This document shows positions 14,111-26,918 of a stretch of 64,000 nt of DNA, one piece after another. The notes under the pieces are model-generated. The model ran no database searches, had not been told where the DNA came from, and saw only the letters and a program-made list of their open reading frames with translations. The first letter of the stretch is position 1. Each line of letters begins with the position of its first letter. The stretch comes from Adineta vaga (Eukaryota > Animalia > Rotifera): assembly GCA_021613535.1 (NCBI GenBank), contig CP075492.1, forward strand, positions 10,974,001 through 11,038,000. The letters run 5' to 3'. The position numbers and the translations under genes were made by a program.

Positions 14111-15696
14111 CTTTGTATTTCATTCTATGTCGTTCTGTTTTTCTTTTCGTTTCTTTCTTTTCTTTTCTGCTCTTTTGACAAATATACATATATGTATACA
14201 TAAGATAAATATATTCGGTTGAATGAATACAACAGGTGCTACTGTTCTTTTTTTGTGTCTAGATTCGCCTAGTAAAATGCATGCAATCAACCGTATTAAT
14301 CGAACTTAAAAATGCGAGCATGCAACCAAAAAACTAATCTATTTGTGAAGTATGAAAAAAAAGAGAAGAAAGAGAGAAAGCAAAGTACATGATGATGATG
14401 ATGATACATCTGCTTGTATATTGATGCTCGAAGCGATAGAAAATATATAAACAAAACAGAATTGATTATAACCGTTCATTGCCAATAGATAGAAACAACA
14501 TGATTTGTTTTGGTAGTAGATATATGTACATCGGCGAGGAAATCATTTGGAATGTCTTGAACAATCTATTCAAAATTGAATACTGGATTGATGCTCTACA
14601 TAGATAGTTATAAATATAATATGAAGTTCTTACAAAGAATAATCTGAAAGGATATTCTTCGAAATGCTTGCCATGTTACTAATATGGATGAACACTTGTA
14701 AATGAAGTGCTAGAAGTGGAAGGAACTTGATACTTTAACTGTTCAGATTACTCTAATGTTGTGTTTTTGTTGATTTGAGAAGAACGAAATAACAATTGAC
14801 GATTATATGGCATCCAGTAAACGATGTAAGTTATCATCTACACATTTTCATGTTGACAACATGTGATTCATCTTGTATTTTATTTATAAATGTCTTCAGG
14901 CGTTAACCCATATATTCTTGATCGATGTATAACGATTAACTAAACAATAATAACAGGCTTTGCAGATCTTCTGTCCGAGAGTCTCTCTTTCGCTCGCTTT
15001 TGTTTCTCTATTATCCTCTATGTCTTATAACATGACAGATGATTAAGAACGACAAACAGAAGTTGGCTTCATCAGTTTTAACCGGTTATGAATCAGTGAC
15101 ATTTCTTCTTCAAATTTGACAAAAAAAAGAAACGCGTAAGTGCATGACATTTTCTATTTGATCAAAAATAAAACGAAAGACTATCATCATTGAAAAATGC
15201 ATATATTAAATCATCGAAATAAAACACTTTCAATTGAGTTGATCTTTTCAATTCTTTTATTTAGATCTTCAATGAATTACATTGTGTAAGACTATTACTT
15301 CATCCTTTGCATAAGGAAAGAAAAAAGAGAGATAGAATTTACTGAAGCTTTTTCTTTTTCTTTCAACAAGCCAATATTGATTTTTATCTCGAAGACTCAT
15401 GACATCTGTAATAGACATTGATGATAAAAATAAATAGTTCTCTGTCAAATTTGTAACTAATCCTATATTAATACTCAAAGCAAAAGTTCTATTGAATGAG
15501 CAATTATTACATAAGATTACGGATGTACATAGATATAGAATAATGATGAACATGTGTCGATTGTATGAACATTATTATTAGCATTGACAATTAGAAAGGT
15601 AACATTTAGTCTTTTCTTCTGCTATTGAGAGAATAGTACATACAGATATCTCATTAGATTTCGCATTTTTTCTGTTTTTCCAGTGCAAAAAAAAAC

Positions 15697-18600
15697 ATGT
15701 CAGGTGAAAGTACCGATTCTGAATGTACTTCCACAGGGAGCAGTATTCGATCACGATCTTTATTACGTCATGTTCGAAACAAATTAGCACGTAAAAGTTG
15801 TAGTCGTCATCGTGCTGAAACAAAAACAGATCGATCATTATCCGTGGCATTAATTCGTCCAAAATATCAATCATTTGATCATATTGATGTAAAAAAACAA
15901 TCGATAAAAAAGACTCCAGTATCGTTTTCACATCGCTTGTCTATACTCAATCATGTGAAATCACATTTAAACGGCACACGAAAATATCGTCAAACGGTTC
16001 CGACGAATTGGAGTGATAATGATGACGATGTCTTATCATTTCGATCAGTTCATTCACTTGTGGTAAGTCGATCTGACCTCTAGAACAATTATTATCAAAG
16101 TTTTCGTCTACACAAGCATCTTCTTATTTAGTTTTTCTAAACGTAAGCTTTTTTTATTGTTAAAAATGTATACACGTATATATAGAAACGAATCATTCAT
16201 CGACCGACTGCCCGGATTCGTAGTCAGAGAATATCTTCTCTATATTACTTGTTTTTTTCCTCAGAAAAATGTGCTTTTGTACAATCACTGTAAATAACGA
16301 TTTGCTTCAATGATTTCGTTCGATACTTTTTTTTAATATTTACCATCAAACATTTGTATACAGACGATAGAGGTTAAGATCAAATCGATAGAAAGAAAGT
16401 ATATTCACTATGGATCGTGAAGTGAGTATTAAACTAATTCTAACTCTCATTCTATTCTTCTCTATCAATAATTAACCTGAAAATTCTACCCTAAATGCTC
16501 AAATTGTACTATTCAAAAGTCGATTGATTCTTTTAAATACCAGCAGACTATTGAGTAAAAAGAACCTGTGAGATGGAGAAAATGGCAATAGCGTTTTATA
16601 ATTTCGGTTCTTCTTTGTTATATTCGACACTCGATAGAAACAGATTGCATTTTTTATATTATAACTAATCATCTGTTGCATTCTCGACATATACATGCTG
16701 TTTCAGTCTAAGCTTTGTTATTAACACATAAACAGAAACAAATCGAAAACTAAGTGATGTTAAAAATTTAAATTCCATTAGCTTCTTTTCTTACGAATGA
16801 ATTATGATAATAAACCTAATATACATGTAATTATGAAATATTTCTGTTCTTGTATCAAGGTGACTTATTTTTATTCGATATTTGAATATGAAAGAAAGAA
16901 GATATTTGTCTTTTCCTAGGAGACAAAATCATCGTCAATAGATGAAGGTCGTCAAAATTTCACAACAAATGGAAATGATTCATCTTCAGCTGACTCTCCA
17001 GGCACTAATAACCATATTCAAAATGGTCATGATAAAACGATGATAACAAATGGTTCCTTGAATATGACAGTTGAAGAAGATAGTTCAACAGATCTTAGTC
17101 GAACATTAAATAATAGTCGAGTGACATTAAATAAATTTAAAGATCAATTAACACAACGGGCACGAACTGTTATACCAAAAACGCAATCAATCAGTTCAAT
17201 TTTTGCCAATTCTGCACCACCATCACCTACAGCTGAAACGGATCCTGATCAAGTTTATTGGACCGAAATTCTTATCGAACGAGGAACAAATCTTGCTGTG
17301 AAAGATATCGGTGGCTCCAGTGATCCCTATGTAAAAGTTGTTTATGGTACCGAAGAAAAATATACGACAGCTACCGTAACAAAAAGTTTAAATCCTGTTT
17401 GGAATGAGAAATTTACAATATTTACACAAGATTTAGCAATTCCATTGTATTTCAATATTTTTGATCATGATCGTATTGGACGAGATGAATCGATGGGTAC
17501 AGCGAAACTTGATTTATGGAAATTACCATTTGAACGATTATATGGTGCATCACTTGAATTAGAGGAAGAGAAAAGAAATGATGGTAAAAATGGCATACTT
17601 AAAGTTAGCATTACAATAACACCAAAATCAGTGGAATTTCGCGATGAAGTAAGATAAAGAAATAGAACAAGTGTTTTTAATCGATTTATTGGGTTAGGTT
17701 CTTCGAAATTTGGCAAAACAATCACAAATCAAATCGTTCTTTGGTACTCGATCAGGCGCAAATAATGGTGTTATAGTGCCTCGCCGTACGGTTGATGTTT
17801 TTGTTATCGAAGGACGAAATCTAAAAGCACGTAATGCCGATGGATTTTGCAATCCTTACGTTCGACTTAAATATGGAAATAAAAAAAATCGTACTCAAGT
17901 AAGATTTCTTTATTTATCAATAAAAACGATATTGATTCGAATATAAATCATAGAAGACTTGTAATATACAGATTGTTTTATCTTTAGACAATAAAATATA
18001 CTCGTACTCCAACATGGCATCAATCATTTATGTACGATACATATGTTGGTGAACTTCCTCCTATTGAATTAACTGTCTATGATGATACTAGTAGTTCAGG
18101 AGATTTTATTGGCCGGTAAGATTTCTTACGATTGTATTTTAAATTAAATTGATTTCTTCTAGAGGAATTTGCAATCTAGCACATTTAAATGAAGAACGAA
18201 CACATCGAATTCCAGTTGATTTAGAAGATAATGCTGGTGTTATTGATCTCTTTATAACAATTACACAAACAACTGCCTTACAAGAAGCAACTAATGATGG
18301 AGATAGTGCATCAAATATTGCTCTTGATGCTATGCCATCACGATTAACAGCACAAGAAATGAATCGTTATGTTCGTGATTATTTTTCTTATTGAATTGAA
18401 TTTTCTTACTAGATATTTATTTTTAGTCATTTTTTTCAACACTTCGTTCAATGAATCCTGTAACTGATGTTGGTAAACTTGAAGTTAAAAGTAAATCATT
18501 TATTTTTCATTGACTTATGCTTTGTACAAAGAAAAAAAAACGATCTGTTTTAGTATTTCAAGCACGTGATCTTAGTGCAAAAGATCTTACTGGTAAATCA

Positions 18601-20101
18601 GATCCATTTTGTATCGTTGAACTTGATTCCACTCGTTTACGTACACATACAATTTATAAAACTCTCGATCCTGTTTGGAATAAGTCTTTTATAATACCAG
18701 CACAAGATATTCATTCGGTTCTTGAATTAAATATTTATGATGAAGATACTAATCGTGATAATGAATTTATTGGCAAAGTTGCGATTCCATTATTAACTGT
18801 GAGAAGAAAAGTTTTCTCAATAAATATCGAATTTTGTTTGATTTAGATCAAAAATGGTGAAAAGAAATGGATGCAATTAAAAGATCGAAAATGTCTTTTA
18901 CCTGTCAAAGGTGCCATTGAAATCGAAGCAACATTTGTTTATTCAAATGTAAAAGATCTTTTTTCTTCACTAAATTTTTGATCATTTATGAAATTTTTAG
19001 CTCAAAGCAGTTATTCGAACAATTAATCCACGACAAGTTCCTTATTATCAATTAGATAATAAATTCAGTGTTGGAGTATGTCGATCGAATGAATTGATGA
19101 TCGTTCTTTAATATCATTTTCTAGGCAATAAAACAACATGTAACACGTATTCAAAATATGCTATCAGGTGTTGTTAATGTGATGAAATTTATTAATCATT
19201 GTTTTCAATGGGATAATCCTTGGTTAAGTTTCAGTACATTTATGGTAAGAAATCGACTGAAAAAAAATCTCGATAAAAACACGTGCTTTTAACTTTAGGT
19301 AACTTTGACTATTGTGTGGAATTTTCAACTGTATATGTTACCCGGCACATTATTGTTAATACTTGTAAGAAATTTAATCAATGAATATCGACAAGGTCGC
19401 TTAGGAAAAGCATATGCACCTATACGTGATGAAACTATATCAGCTCTTGTTCAACCAGCTCCTGTAATAGAAGAAGAAATAACTGAAGCAGAATTAACTT
19501 CTAAAGTAAATATCTAGAGAATTTTCTTTCTTTCTTCTAAAGTTTTCATTCGTCTTTCGAATATTTATAGGAACCAAAGAAATCATTTTTAGGTGTTATA
19601 TCAGGTATTCAAGATACTGTTATGGAAATTCAAGGCTACATTGATGATGTTGCATCAACATTAGAGCGAATTAAAAAGTAAATAAAATAGTTTGAATAAG
19701 GTTCCTTTGGAAAAATAATTCATCTTGTTGAATTTTAGTATGTTCAATTATAGTGTTCCTTGGCTATCAGTTTTACTTATGATTGTCTTAGTTTTAGTTT
19801 CAGTTTTACTCTATTATATTCCACTTCGTGCTTTAATTTTAGCATTTGTCATTAACAAATTTACTAAACGATTTCGTAAACCTAAAGGTTTTATTGATAA
19901 TAATGAATTGGCCGATTTCTTATCCAGATTACCTTCGGATCCTGAGCTGGTTCGTTATTTTTCTTTTACTTTTGTGAATATTGAAAAAGAAAGACAAATA
20001 TTTCTATTTCTATTCTATAGGTACAATATCGTGAATTGAAAGTTATTCAACGTGCATCAACAGTAAAAAAGAACAAACAATCGGGTTCAAACAAGAAATA
20101 A
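15697..20101 (+). CDS. MCTP: Multiple C2 and transmembrane domain protein (three C2 domains plus C-terminal TM region)
   Basis: C2 motifs LAVKDIGGSSDPYVK, CNPYVRL, SAKDLTGKSDPFC; C-terminal NNELADFLSRLPSDPELVQYREL; many short GT-AG introns; stop TAA 20099-20101. Confidence 0.92.
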
Positions 20102-20340
20102 ATACACGTAAACCTTTCTTATTCCATAATTCCTGTAAAACTTCATTTGTGATAAGAAAAAACTGTTTGCTTGCACGATGAATCACTAGTTTTGCTTCGT
20201 TCTTTTTTTCTTCATTTTTTTCTTCTCTGATCGATTGTAAATGATGGATTCTTTCACGATAGAAGCAAACCTTTTTTTGCATAATATATTTAGTTTTACA
20301 AGTGAATACGACTGAGAAACAATTGATAACAAAGCAATAA

Positions 20341-21991
20341 TCATTGTACATCGGTTCGATCTCTCTCATCAAGTAATTGATACAAATCATTGATTTCCTT
20401 TGGACACGTATCAGTTAAAATCTCACAACCTTGTTCTGTTATTAAAATATCGTCCTCAATTCGTGTAGCAAATCCACGATAAATAGATGGAATATCTTTA
20501 CAATCCCAAGGAATATAAAGACCTAAACAGAAAATTTAGATTGCAAATGATTGACTTGAGATGATATACCCGGTTCAATTGTAATAACATTTCCTGGTTG
20601 TAGTATTTGAGAAAATGGTATAGCTTCACAATCGTGAACATCTAAACCTATATAGAACAAAAGAAATGAGTATTGATTGAACAAAATCATCACTTACCAA
20701 GATGATGACTAGCACTTGTTGGGCATAAATAATTTACAATTGTTTTAGCATGTAAATCATCAATTGAACGTGAGAGAATCGATTCTTCACGTAGATATTT
20801 AATCATATATTGATCAGCGAGAATATTTAATTTACTTCTTGATATTGTTTTATCTCCAGAATTTAAATATTTTATTAAGTCTTTTTGAACAGTTAATAAA
20901 ATTTCATAGAGTTGTCGTTGTGTAGACGAAAATCGACCTTCGAAGAAAACAAAGCATATGAAACGAATTGCATGAATAAATTGATCATACCATTCATTGG
21001 CCAAAAACGTGTAACATCACCTGCATATTGTTTAAATAAACAACCTCCATCTAACATAATCAAATCATCTTTATCAATTGATTGATCATTCTTTTGATAA
21101 TGAAGAATATTTGATCTAAATAACTCAATTGATGGATAAAAAGTAGAATTTCAATCGTAAAAATCTACCTTCCATTTGCTGCAATAACTGGATAGAATGC
21201 CATCGACGAGTTTTCTGACCGTGCACATTCATATTGAAATCTGGCTTGAATTAAATATTCATTTTCGATTGTTTTTTTACAATTTTTTATTGTTTGTATG
21301 AATGCATTTGAAGTTAGTTGACATGCATGACGTATAAGGTTTTGTTCTGTTAAAGATTTGATTGATCGTAATGAATGAAGAAACTTATTCAATTGATTGC
21401 AAACGCTCGATGATGAGAATCTTTTTAGAAAAGGAATTAAATTCTTTTTATTCACACTTGCATCATCCACAACTGTGAATTATGGAAGAGTATTGATGAT
21501 GATGATGAAGGAATTTTCAATGAAGATAATTTCTCAATTGAATAAACATGATCGATACCAAAGATTTCACAGATTTTCTCTTTATTAGTTATGGTTGGTG
21601 CAAACCATCGTTCGTATTCATCGATGGATGTCATCGAACATGGTGATAGATATAAACTAGTCGAATATGTTTGATCATTACCGTTGAGTAAGAAAAATGC
21701 ATCAGGTTGCATACAACCAGTAAAATAATAAAAATCTGATTGTTGTTTGAATGGAAAATAAGCAACATCAGGACCCATGAATAATCTTGACGATGCCGGT
21801 AAACAAATAGTGAAATTCGTTGGTGTTTGTTCTATTTTTATATAATTACGAATGAGATTAACAAGTGATTGACGTCGTTGATGAAATTCATTCAAAGATA
21901 TTCCACTTGATGATAAATTATAATGATCAATGTAAATGTGTGAATAACGAAAACAAGATTTCATAATGAATTTATTTCGTATGAATAACAT
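20341..21991 (-). CDS. XPNPEP3: Xaa-Pro aminopeptidase 3 / mitochondrial Icp55 (M24B) with one apparent frameshift near 21475
   Basis: GISLNEFHQRRQSL, FKQQSDFYYFTG, LRSIKS, LDGGC...YAGDVTRFWP, HHLGLDVHD, TIEPGLY, RIEDDILIT; all metal ligands present. Confidence 0.85.
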
Positions 21992-22153
21992 TTATTTTGT
22001 CTATATTGAAAACAAACTTGAAAAGATCTTTTTCTTAAATGTTTTTTTTTATTACAGTTTATTTATCACAAAATAGATAAGTTACAAAAGAACTTCCGAA
22101 TTATATATAAGAAAAACGAATGCAAGTAGAAATGAACAATATGCACTAGTTAT

Positions 22154-24288
22154 TTAATCCATTTCTTCGATTGTTGGACCTTTTCCACTAGATTGCGGAC
22201 CATTTTCACCTAGAAAAGAAGAAAGAAAAAAAAATGTAAGTATTTGATATTTTGAGCGAATTAAATTACATACCATGAAGTTTTGTCATAATTGGTGAAC
22301 AAACATTCTCGACTTCTTTTCGTTTATGTTCAAATTCATCTATAGCAGCAAGTTGATTGGATTCAATCCATGATAATGTTGATTTGACTAGTTCTTCAAT
22401 TTTGTTTTTATCATCCGAAGAAAGTTTAGATGAAATTTGCGCATCACCAATAGTTGATTGCATACGTAAACAATAATCTTCTAGTGAATTTTTAGCAGAA
22501 ATACGATCACGTTGGAGTTCATCATCTTTTTTGAATTTTTCTGCATCGGAAACCATTTTTTCAATATCCTTTTTCGATAATCGACTATCATCATTTCGAA
22601 TAGTAATTTTCTTTTCTTGACCACTAGATTTTTCTATTGCTGAAACATTTAAAATTCCATTTGCATCAACATCGAAACTAACTTCGATTTTTGGTACACC
22701 ACGTGGTGCTGGAGGTATACCACTAAGAGTAAAGTTGCCAAGTAAATGATTATCTTTTGTCAATGCACGTTCACCTTCAAAAATTTTAATATCAACGCCG
22801 GGTTGGTTATCAGCATAGGTTGTAAATGTTTGTGTTTGTCTCGTTGGAATAGTCGAACTACGCGGAATTAATGATGTCATTACACCACCAGCAGTTTCAA
22901 TACCCTACAAAACAAAGAAAACGAAATTGATTAATTAACTGAGACGATATTCAAATTTTATTTCTTACCAATGATAATGGTGCGACATCGATCAAAATAA
23001 CAGATTTGATTGCTTCAGATTGATCACCATTGAGAATAGCTGCTTGAACAGCTGCACCATAAGCAACAGCTTCATCTGGATTGATGGATCTGTTTAAAGT
23101 TTTACCATTGAAGAAATCTTGAAGTAATTTTTGTACTTTAGGAATACGTGTTGAGCCTCCAACAAGAACGATTTCATGGACGTGTGATTTATCCATTTTT
23201 GCATCACGTAAAGCTTTTTCTACAGGTTCCAATGTTGAACGAAATAGATCAGCACATAATTCTTCAAATCGAGCACGTGTAATACTTGAATTAAAATCAA
23301 TACCTTCATGAAGTGAATCGATTTCAATTGTTGTTTGTGCTGATGCCGATAATGTTCGCTAGAAGAAGGAAAAAGAAAGAAAATTAAGTTAGATAACTGA
23401 TTCAATATTAAAATCATTTCAACTTACTTTAGCTCGTTCGCATGCTGTTCGTAAACGTCGTAATGCTCGTTTATTTTGTGTGAGATCTTTTTGATTTTTT
23501 CGTTTGAATTCTTCGACGAAATATGTTACCATACGATTATCAAAATCTTCACCACCTAAATGTGTATCACCAGCCGTTGATTTCACTTCAAAAACACCGT
23601 TATCCATTACTAATATTGATACATCAAATGTACCACCACCCAAATCAAAAATAAGTACATTCTTTTCACTGGTTCCTTGTTTATCTAATCCATAAGCAAT
23701 GGCAGCTGCTGTGGGTTCATTAACGATTCGAAGAACATTTAAACCAGCAATTACACCTGCATCTTTCGTTGCTTGTCGTTGTGCATCATTGAAATAAGCT
23801 GGTACAGTGATAACAGCTTTCGACACATTTGTTCCAAGATAAGCTTCAGCTGTTTCTTTCATTTTTGTTAAAACCATCGAAGAAATTTCTTCCGGTGTAA
23901 ATGATTTAAGTTCATTTTTATATTCGACTTGAATTTTTGGTTTACCACCATCATTAACTAATTTAAATGGCCAATGTTTCATATCTGCCTGTACTGTTGT
24001 ATCATCATATTTACGACCAATCAGTCGTTTAGCATCGAAAACTGTATTATTTGGATTCATTGCCACTTGATTTTTTGCTGCATCTCCGATTAAACGTTCA
24101 CTATCAGTGAACGCAACATACGATGGTGTTGTTCGATTGCCTTGATCATTGGCAATAATTTCAACTTTACCATTTTGGAAAATACCAACACACTAGTACA
24201 AAAAGAATTGAATTAGATTCGGTTAAATAAGATAAAAAGTACTTACTGAGTAGGTTGTACCTAAATCAATACCAATTGCGCAAGTCAT
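22154..24288 (-). CDS. HSP70: Cytosolic HSP70, 5 exons, C-terminus GPTIEEMD
   Basis: [36 protein letters not shown] signatures; RARFEEL cytosolic motif; four short GT-AG introns (first 24193-24246). Confidence 0.97.
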
Positions 24289-24350
24289 TTGTATTTACTT
24301 CTGTGAGAATATTCGACTACTTTTTGATGAATTTTGAATTTTGGATGCAT

Positions 24351-24435
24351 GCTATATATACTAATTCACTGATTTTTTCGAGAATTAACGATACTATTCT
24401 AGTATCATCTAGAAACACCTAGAATATTCGGGAAG
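24351..24435 (-). promoter_or_regulatory. HSP70 promoter: TATA box plus phased heat-shock element array
   Basis: TATATATA at ~24353-24360; nGAAn/nTTCn pentamers in one register 24376-24435, including perfect aGAAt-aTTCg-gGAAg at 24421-24435. Confidence 0.85.
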
Positions 24436-24901
24436 ATTTAATCAGAATATGAAAAGAAATGATGAAAGTATTTCTCAAAAATGTGAAAAAACTTACGCAA
24501 GTCTTTTTGTCAGTGTGTATGCGGTATGTATTCGGTTCGGATGTTTGTGTTGTGTTGTGTCATTGTAGGCATATATGATTGGTTGTACGTATATGTTTGT
24601 TACTATATGTAATGACTTTGTACGACATCTCTGAAAATCATTGCGATCGGTGTCAGGGGAAGAAAGTAAAGATCTCATCAGTATAAAGAATAGATTTCAG
24701 ATAGTTAATAATAGAATATTTCGAATACACACATAATGAGAACTCTTTTCCAATGATTTCATTCTAATATTGCTAGGTCTTCTTGGTAAAGCTCATCAAA
24801 CATTACCGTTTCGCATTACATGCCTTAGAAAACGACGATTTAACTTTTTGAGAAAATTAAAATGCAACGTTGTCAAGAAGAAACGTTATTCGCGACTTTC
24901 G

Positions 24902-25035
24902 TTCAACAAATGTTTCACAACTGAAAGAACAGATAATAATGCATTGTGCAATCTATGTTGTTCATCCCAGCATCATTCTACTTCTCGCTTCGTATCGCAT
25001 TCCGTAGTCGAGTGAAGCTTGAATACCATCTAGTT
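24902..25035 (+). repeat. Dispersed direct repeat, copy 1 (copy 2 at 28330-28498)
   Basis: Shared blocks ttcaa.aaatgttt.acaactgaaaga, gcaatctat, cagcatcat, atcgcattccgtagtcgagt.aagct. Confidence 0.8.
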
Positions 25036-25311
25036 GTATTGTGTATTTGAATAAAGAACGATACGTTTTCATAGTACACATTACTATTCTGTCACAAATG
25101 TAATAATTAATTAAGCATATGCTTAAATTGTCGCAGCTTTCGAATAGATAGAGATGAAAATGTTTTTTCTTTACTCTCAATTCCATCACTACCTATCCAA
25201 CATCTCTATATCCATTAAGTGAAGAATACTCTGGATCAAGTTCTTTATTTAAATTAAATTACACATCTATAAATACCAGTTTTAATGAATTCACTACTAC
25301 ACCCTATTTTT

Positions 25312-26163
25312 TTAATTTCCTTTCCATTGTGCTTTTCGTTTTTCATTAAATGCTCGAATACCTTCATGACGATCTTCCGTATCAATTAGTTGTTCATAAT
25401 ATTTTAGTTCAATTGCTTTTGCTTCATCAATACTTTTACCCCATCCTTCATCGATTGCTTGTTTGATTGCACGTGTTGCTAATGGTGCATTCGCTGCAAT
25501 CGTCATACCTAATTCCATTCCTTTATTCAATGCCTGACCATCATCAGTTAAAATTTGAACAATTCCCATATCAAATGCTTCTTGAGCATTTAATCTTCGT
25601 CCTGTAATAGCAATTTGTTTTGCTCGTGCTGGTCCAACAAGACGAGCAAGTAATTGAGTACCTCCACCACCAGGCATAATTCCTCGAGTAACTTCCGGTA
25701 AACCAAATGATGCAGAACGAGAGGCAACAATCATATCACAATTTAATGCCAATTCAAAACCACCAGCTAGAGAAAACAAAACAAAAGAATAGTTATTTGA
25801 ACAGTTTAATCTTCTTCTGTCTATACCTAATGCAAATCCTTCAATACAAGCAATGGTTGGTTGTTTTAATTGTGCTAATGAATTAAACATACGTTCGAAT
25901 ATCTGATGTTGTTCCTTCCATTGCTTTGATTCAGTGATATTCTGACGTTCTTTCAAATCAGCACCGGAACAAAATGATTGTCCTTGACCAGAAACAATGA
26001 CTGCTGATCGAATATCTTTTGACGTCTGAATTCGTTGACAATGGGCAATAAGTTGTTGTGCAAATTCTGTATTAAAAGCATTATGATATTTCGGTCGATT
26101 TAATAATAAATGCCAAAGATTTTTCGATATTTCATTCAAACGAACAAATGAGTTCTGTGTCAT
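25312..26163 (-). CDS. Enoyl-CoA hydratase/isomerase (crotonase family), bacterial-type, one 60-nt intron 25767-25826
   Basis: LNRP...NA, FCSGADLKER, GFALAGGFELAL (after splicing), FGLPEVTRGIMPGGGGTQ, DRHEGIRAFNEKR; no N-terminal mitochondrial presequence. Confidence 0.92.
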   Translation of the reverse strand: MTQNSFVRLNEISKNLWHLLLNRPKYHNAFNTEFAQQLIAHCQRIQTSKDIRSAVIVSGQGQSFCSGADLKERQNITESKQWKEQHQIFERMFNSLAQLKQPTIACIEGFALGIDRRRLNCSNNYSFVLFSLAGGFELALNCDMIVASRSASFGLPEVTRGIMPGGGGTQLLARLVGPARAKQIAITGRRLNAQEAFDMGIVQILTDDGQALNKGMELGMTIAANAPLATRAIKQAIDEGWGKSIDEAKAIELKYYEQLIDTEDRHEGIRAFNEKRKAQWKGN

Positions 26164-26399
26164 ACTTCTACAACGAAAATCAAATATAAATAAATCTTCA
26201 AATCAATTAAATAATGATGTATACATTTATTTGAGAAAATCAAACTACTGTAGTACAAAACAAAAGGTAGGAGTTATTCGTTAATCACAATTACGGGATA
26301 ATAAAATTTTCATATTAAAATTTTTTGTCATTTGTTTATCATTCTTCATCATTGTGAACATAGAATAATTGCTAATTTTCTCTAATATTTTTTTGTTTT

Positions 26400-26823
26400 A
26401 TTCGTAACATGTTGTGCATAAGCACGATCACCGTATTGTTCATTACGTGCAGATGTATTCGATGTTTTACCATTTGGTACTTTATAATATTTAAACCAAC
26501 GACGTGTTGCTTCAAGTGAACCATGAAGATGTTTATCAACATCATTGATCTAAAATGTGAATAAAATTCTTCTTTCGAAATCTCGGAGAATTTTTACTGA
26601 AATGATAGAATCAGTTGCCTGAAGTGTAGTACCAATTTCATAAACATCGAATGAATCATTATCAACCGTTGTTTTTATAATTATCTCGATCAACATGATT
26701 TAGATCTTCCCATGTTTGTTGCAATGCATCGTAGTTTCATAAATAACTATAATAAAAAAGATATACTATGACATAGACAATTACGTTTGTTCTAACCTAT
26801 AGTTGAACCCAAAGTTGCTGACC
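26400..26823 (-). pseudogene. PPA: Family I inorganic pyrophosphatase pseudogene (stop, frameshift, internal deletion, 5' truncated)
   Basis: YL*NYDALQQTWEDLNHVD (cf. GYIWNYGALPQTWEDP), DNDSFDVYEIG (cf. DNDPIDVCEIG), SVKIL, INDVDKHLHGSLEATRRWFKYYKVPNGK (cf. WFRIYKIPDGK); DEGETDWK segment absent. Confidence 0.85.
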
Positions 26824-26918
26824 CTATAGAAAAACAAAAGACATTTTTCGAAGTTTAATATAAAGTTTTTAAGTTGTCTTTAACGTTATTAACTAATCCA
26901 CTGATATCTTTTATGAAT

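Noticed and set aside
7367-26750. TGA at conserved Trp/Cys positions in three relics, suggesting an alternative genetic code or selenocysteine
   Set aside because: The same relics have TAA stops, frameshifts and deletions, and intact genes here use TGA as stop; TGG->TGA fits ordinary GC-to-AT decay
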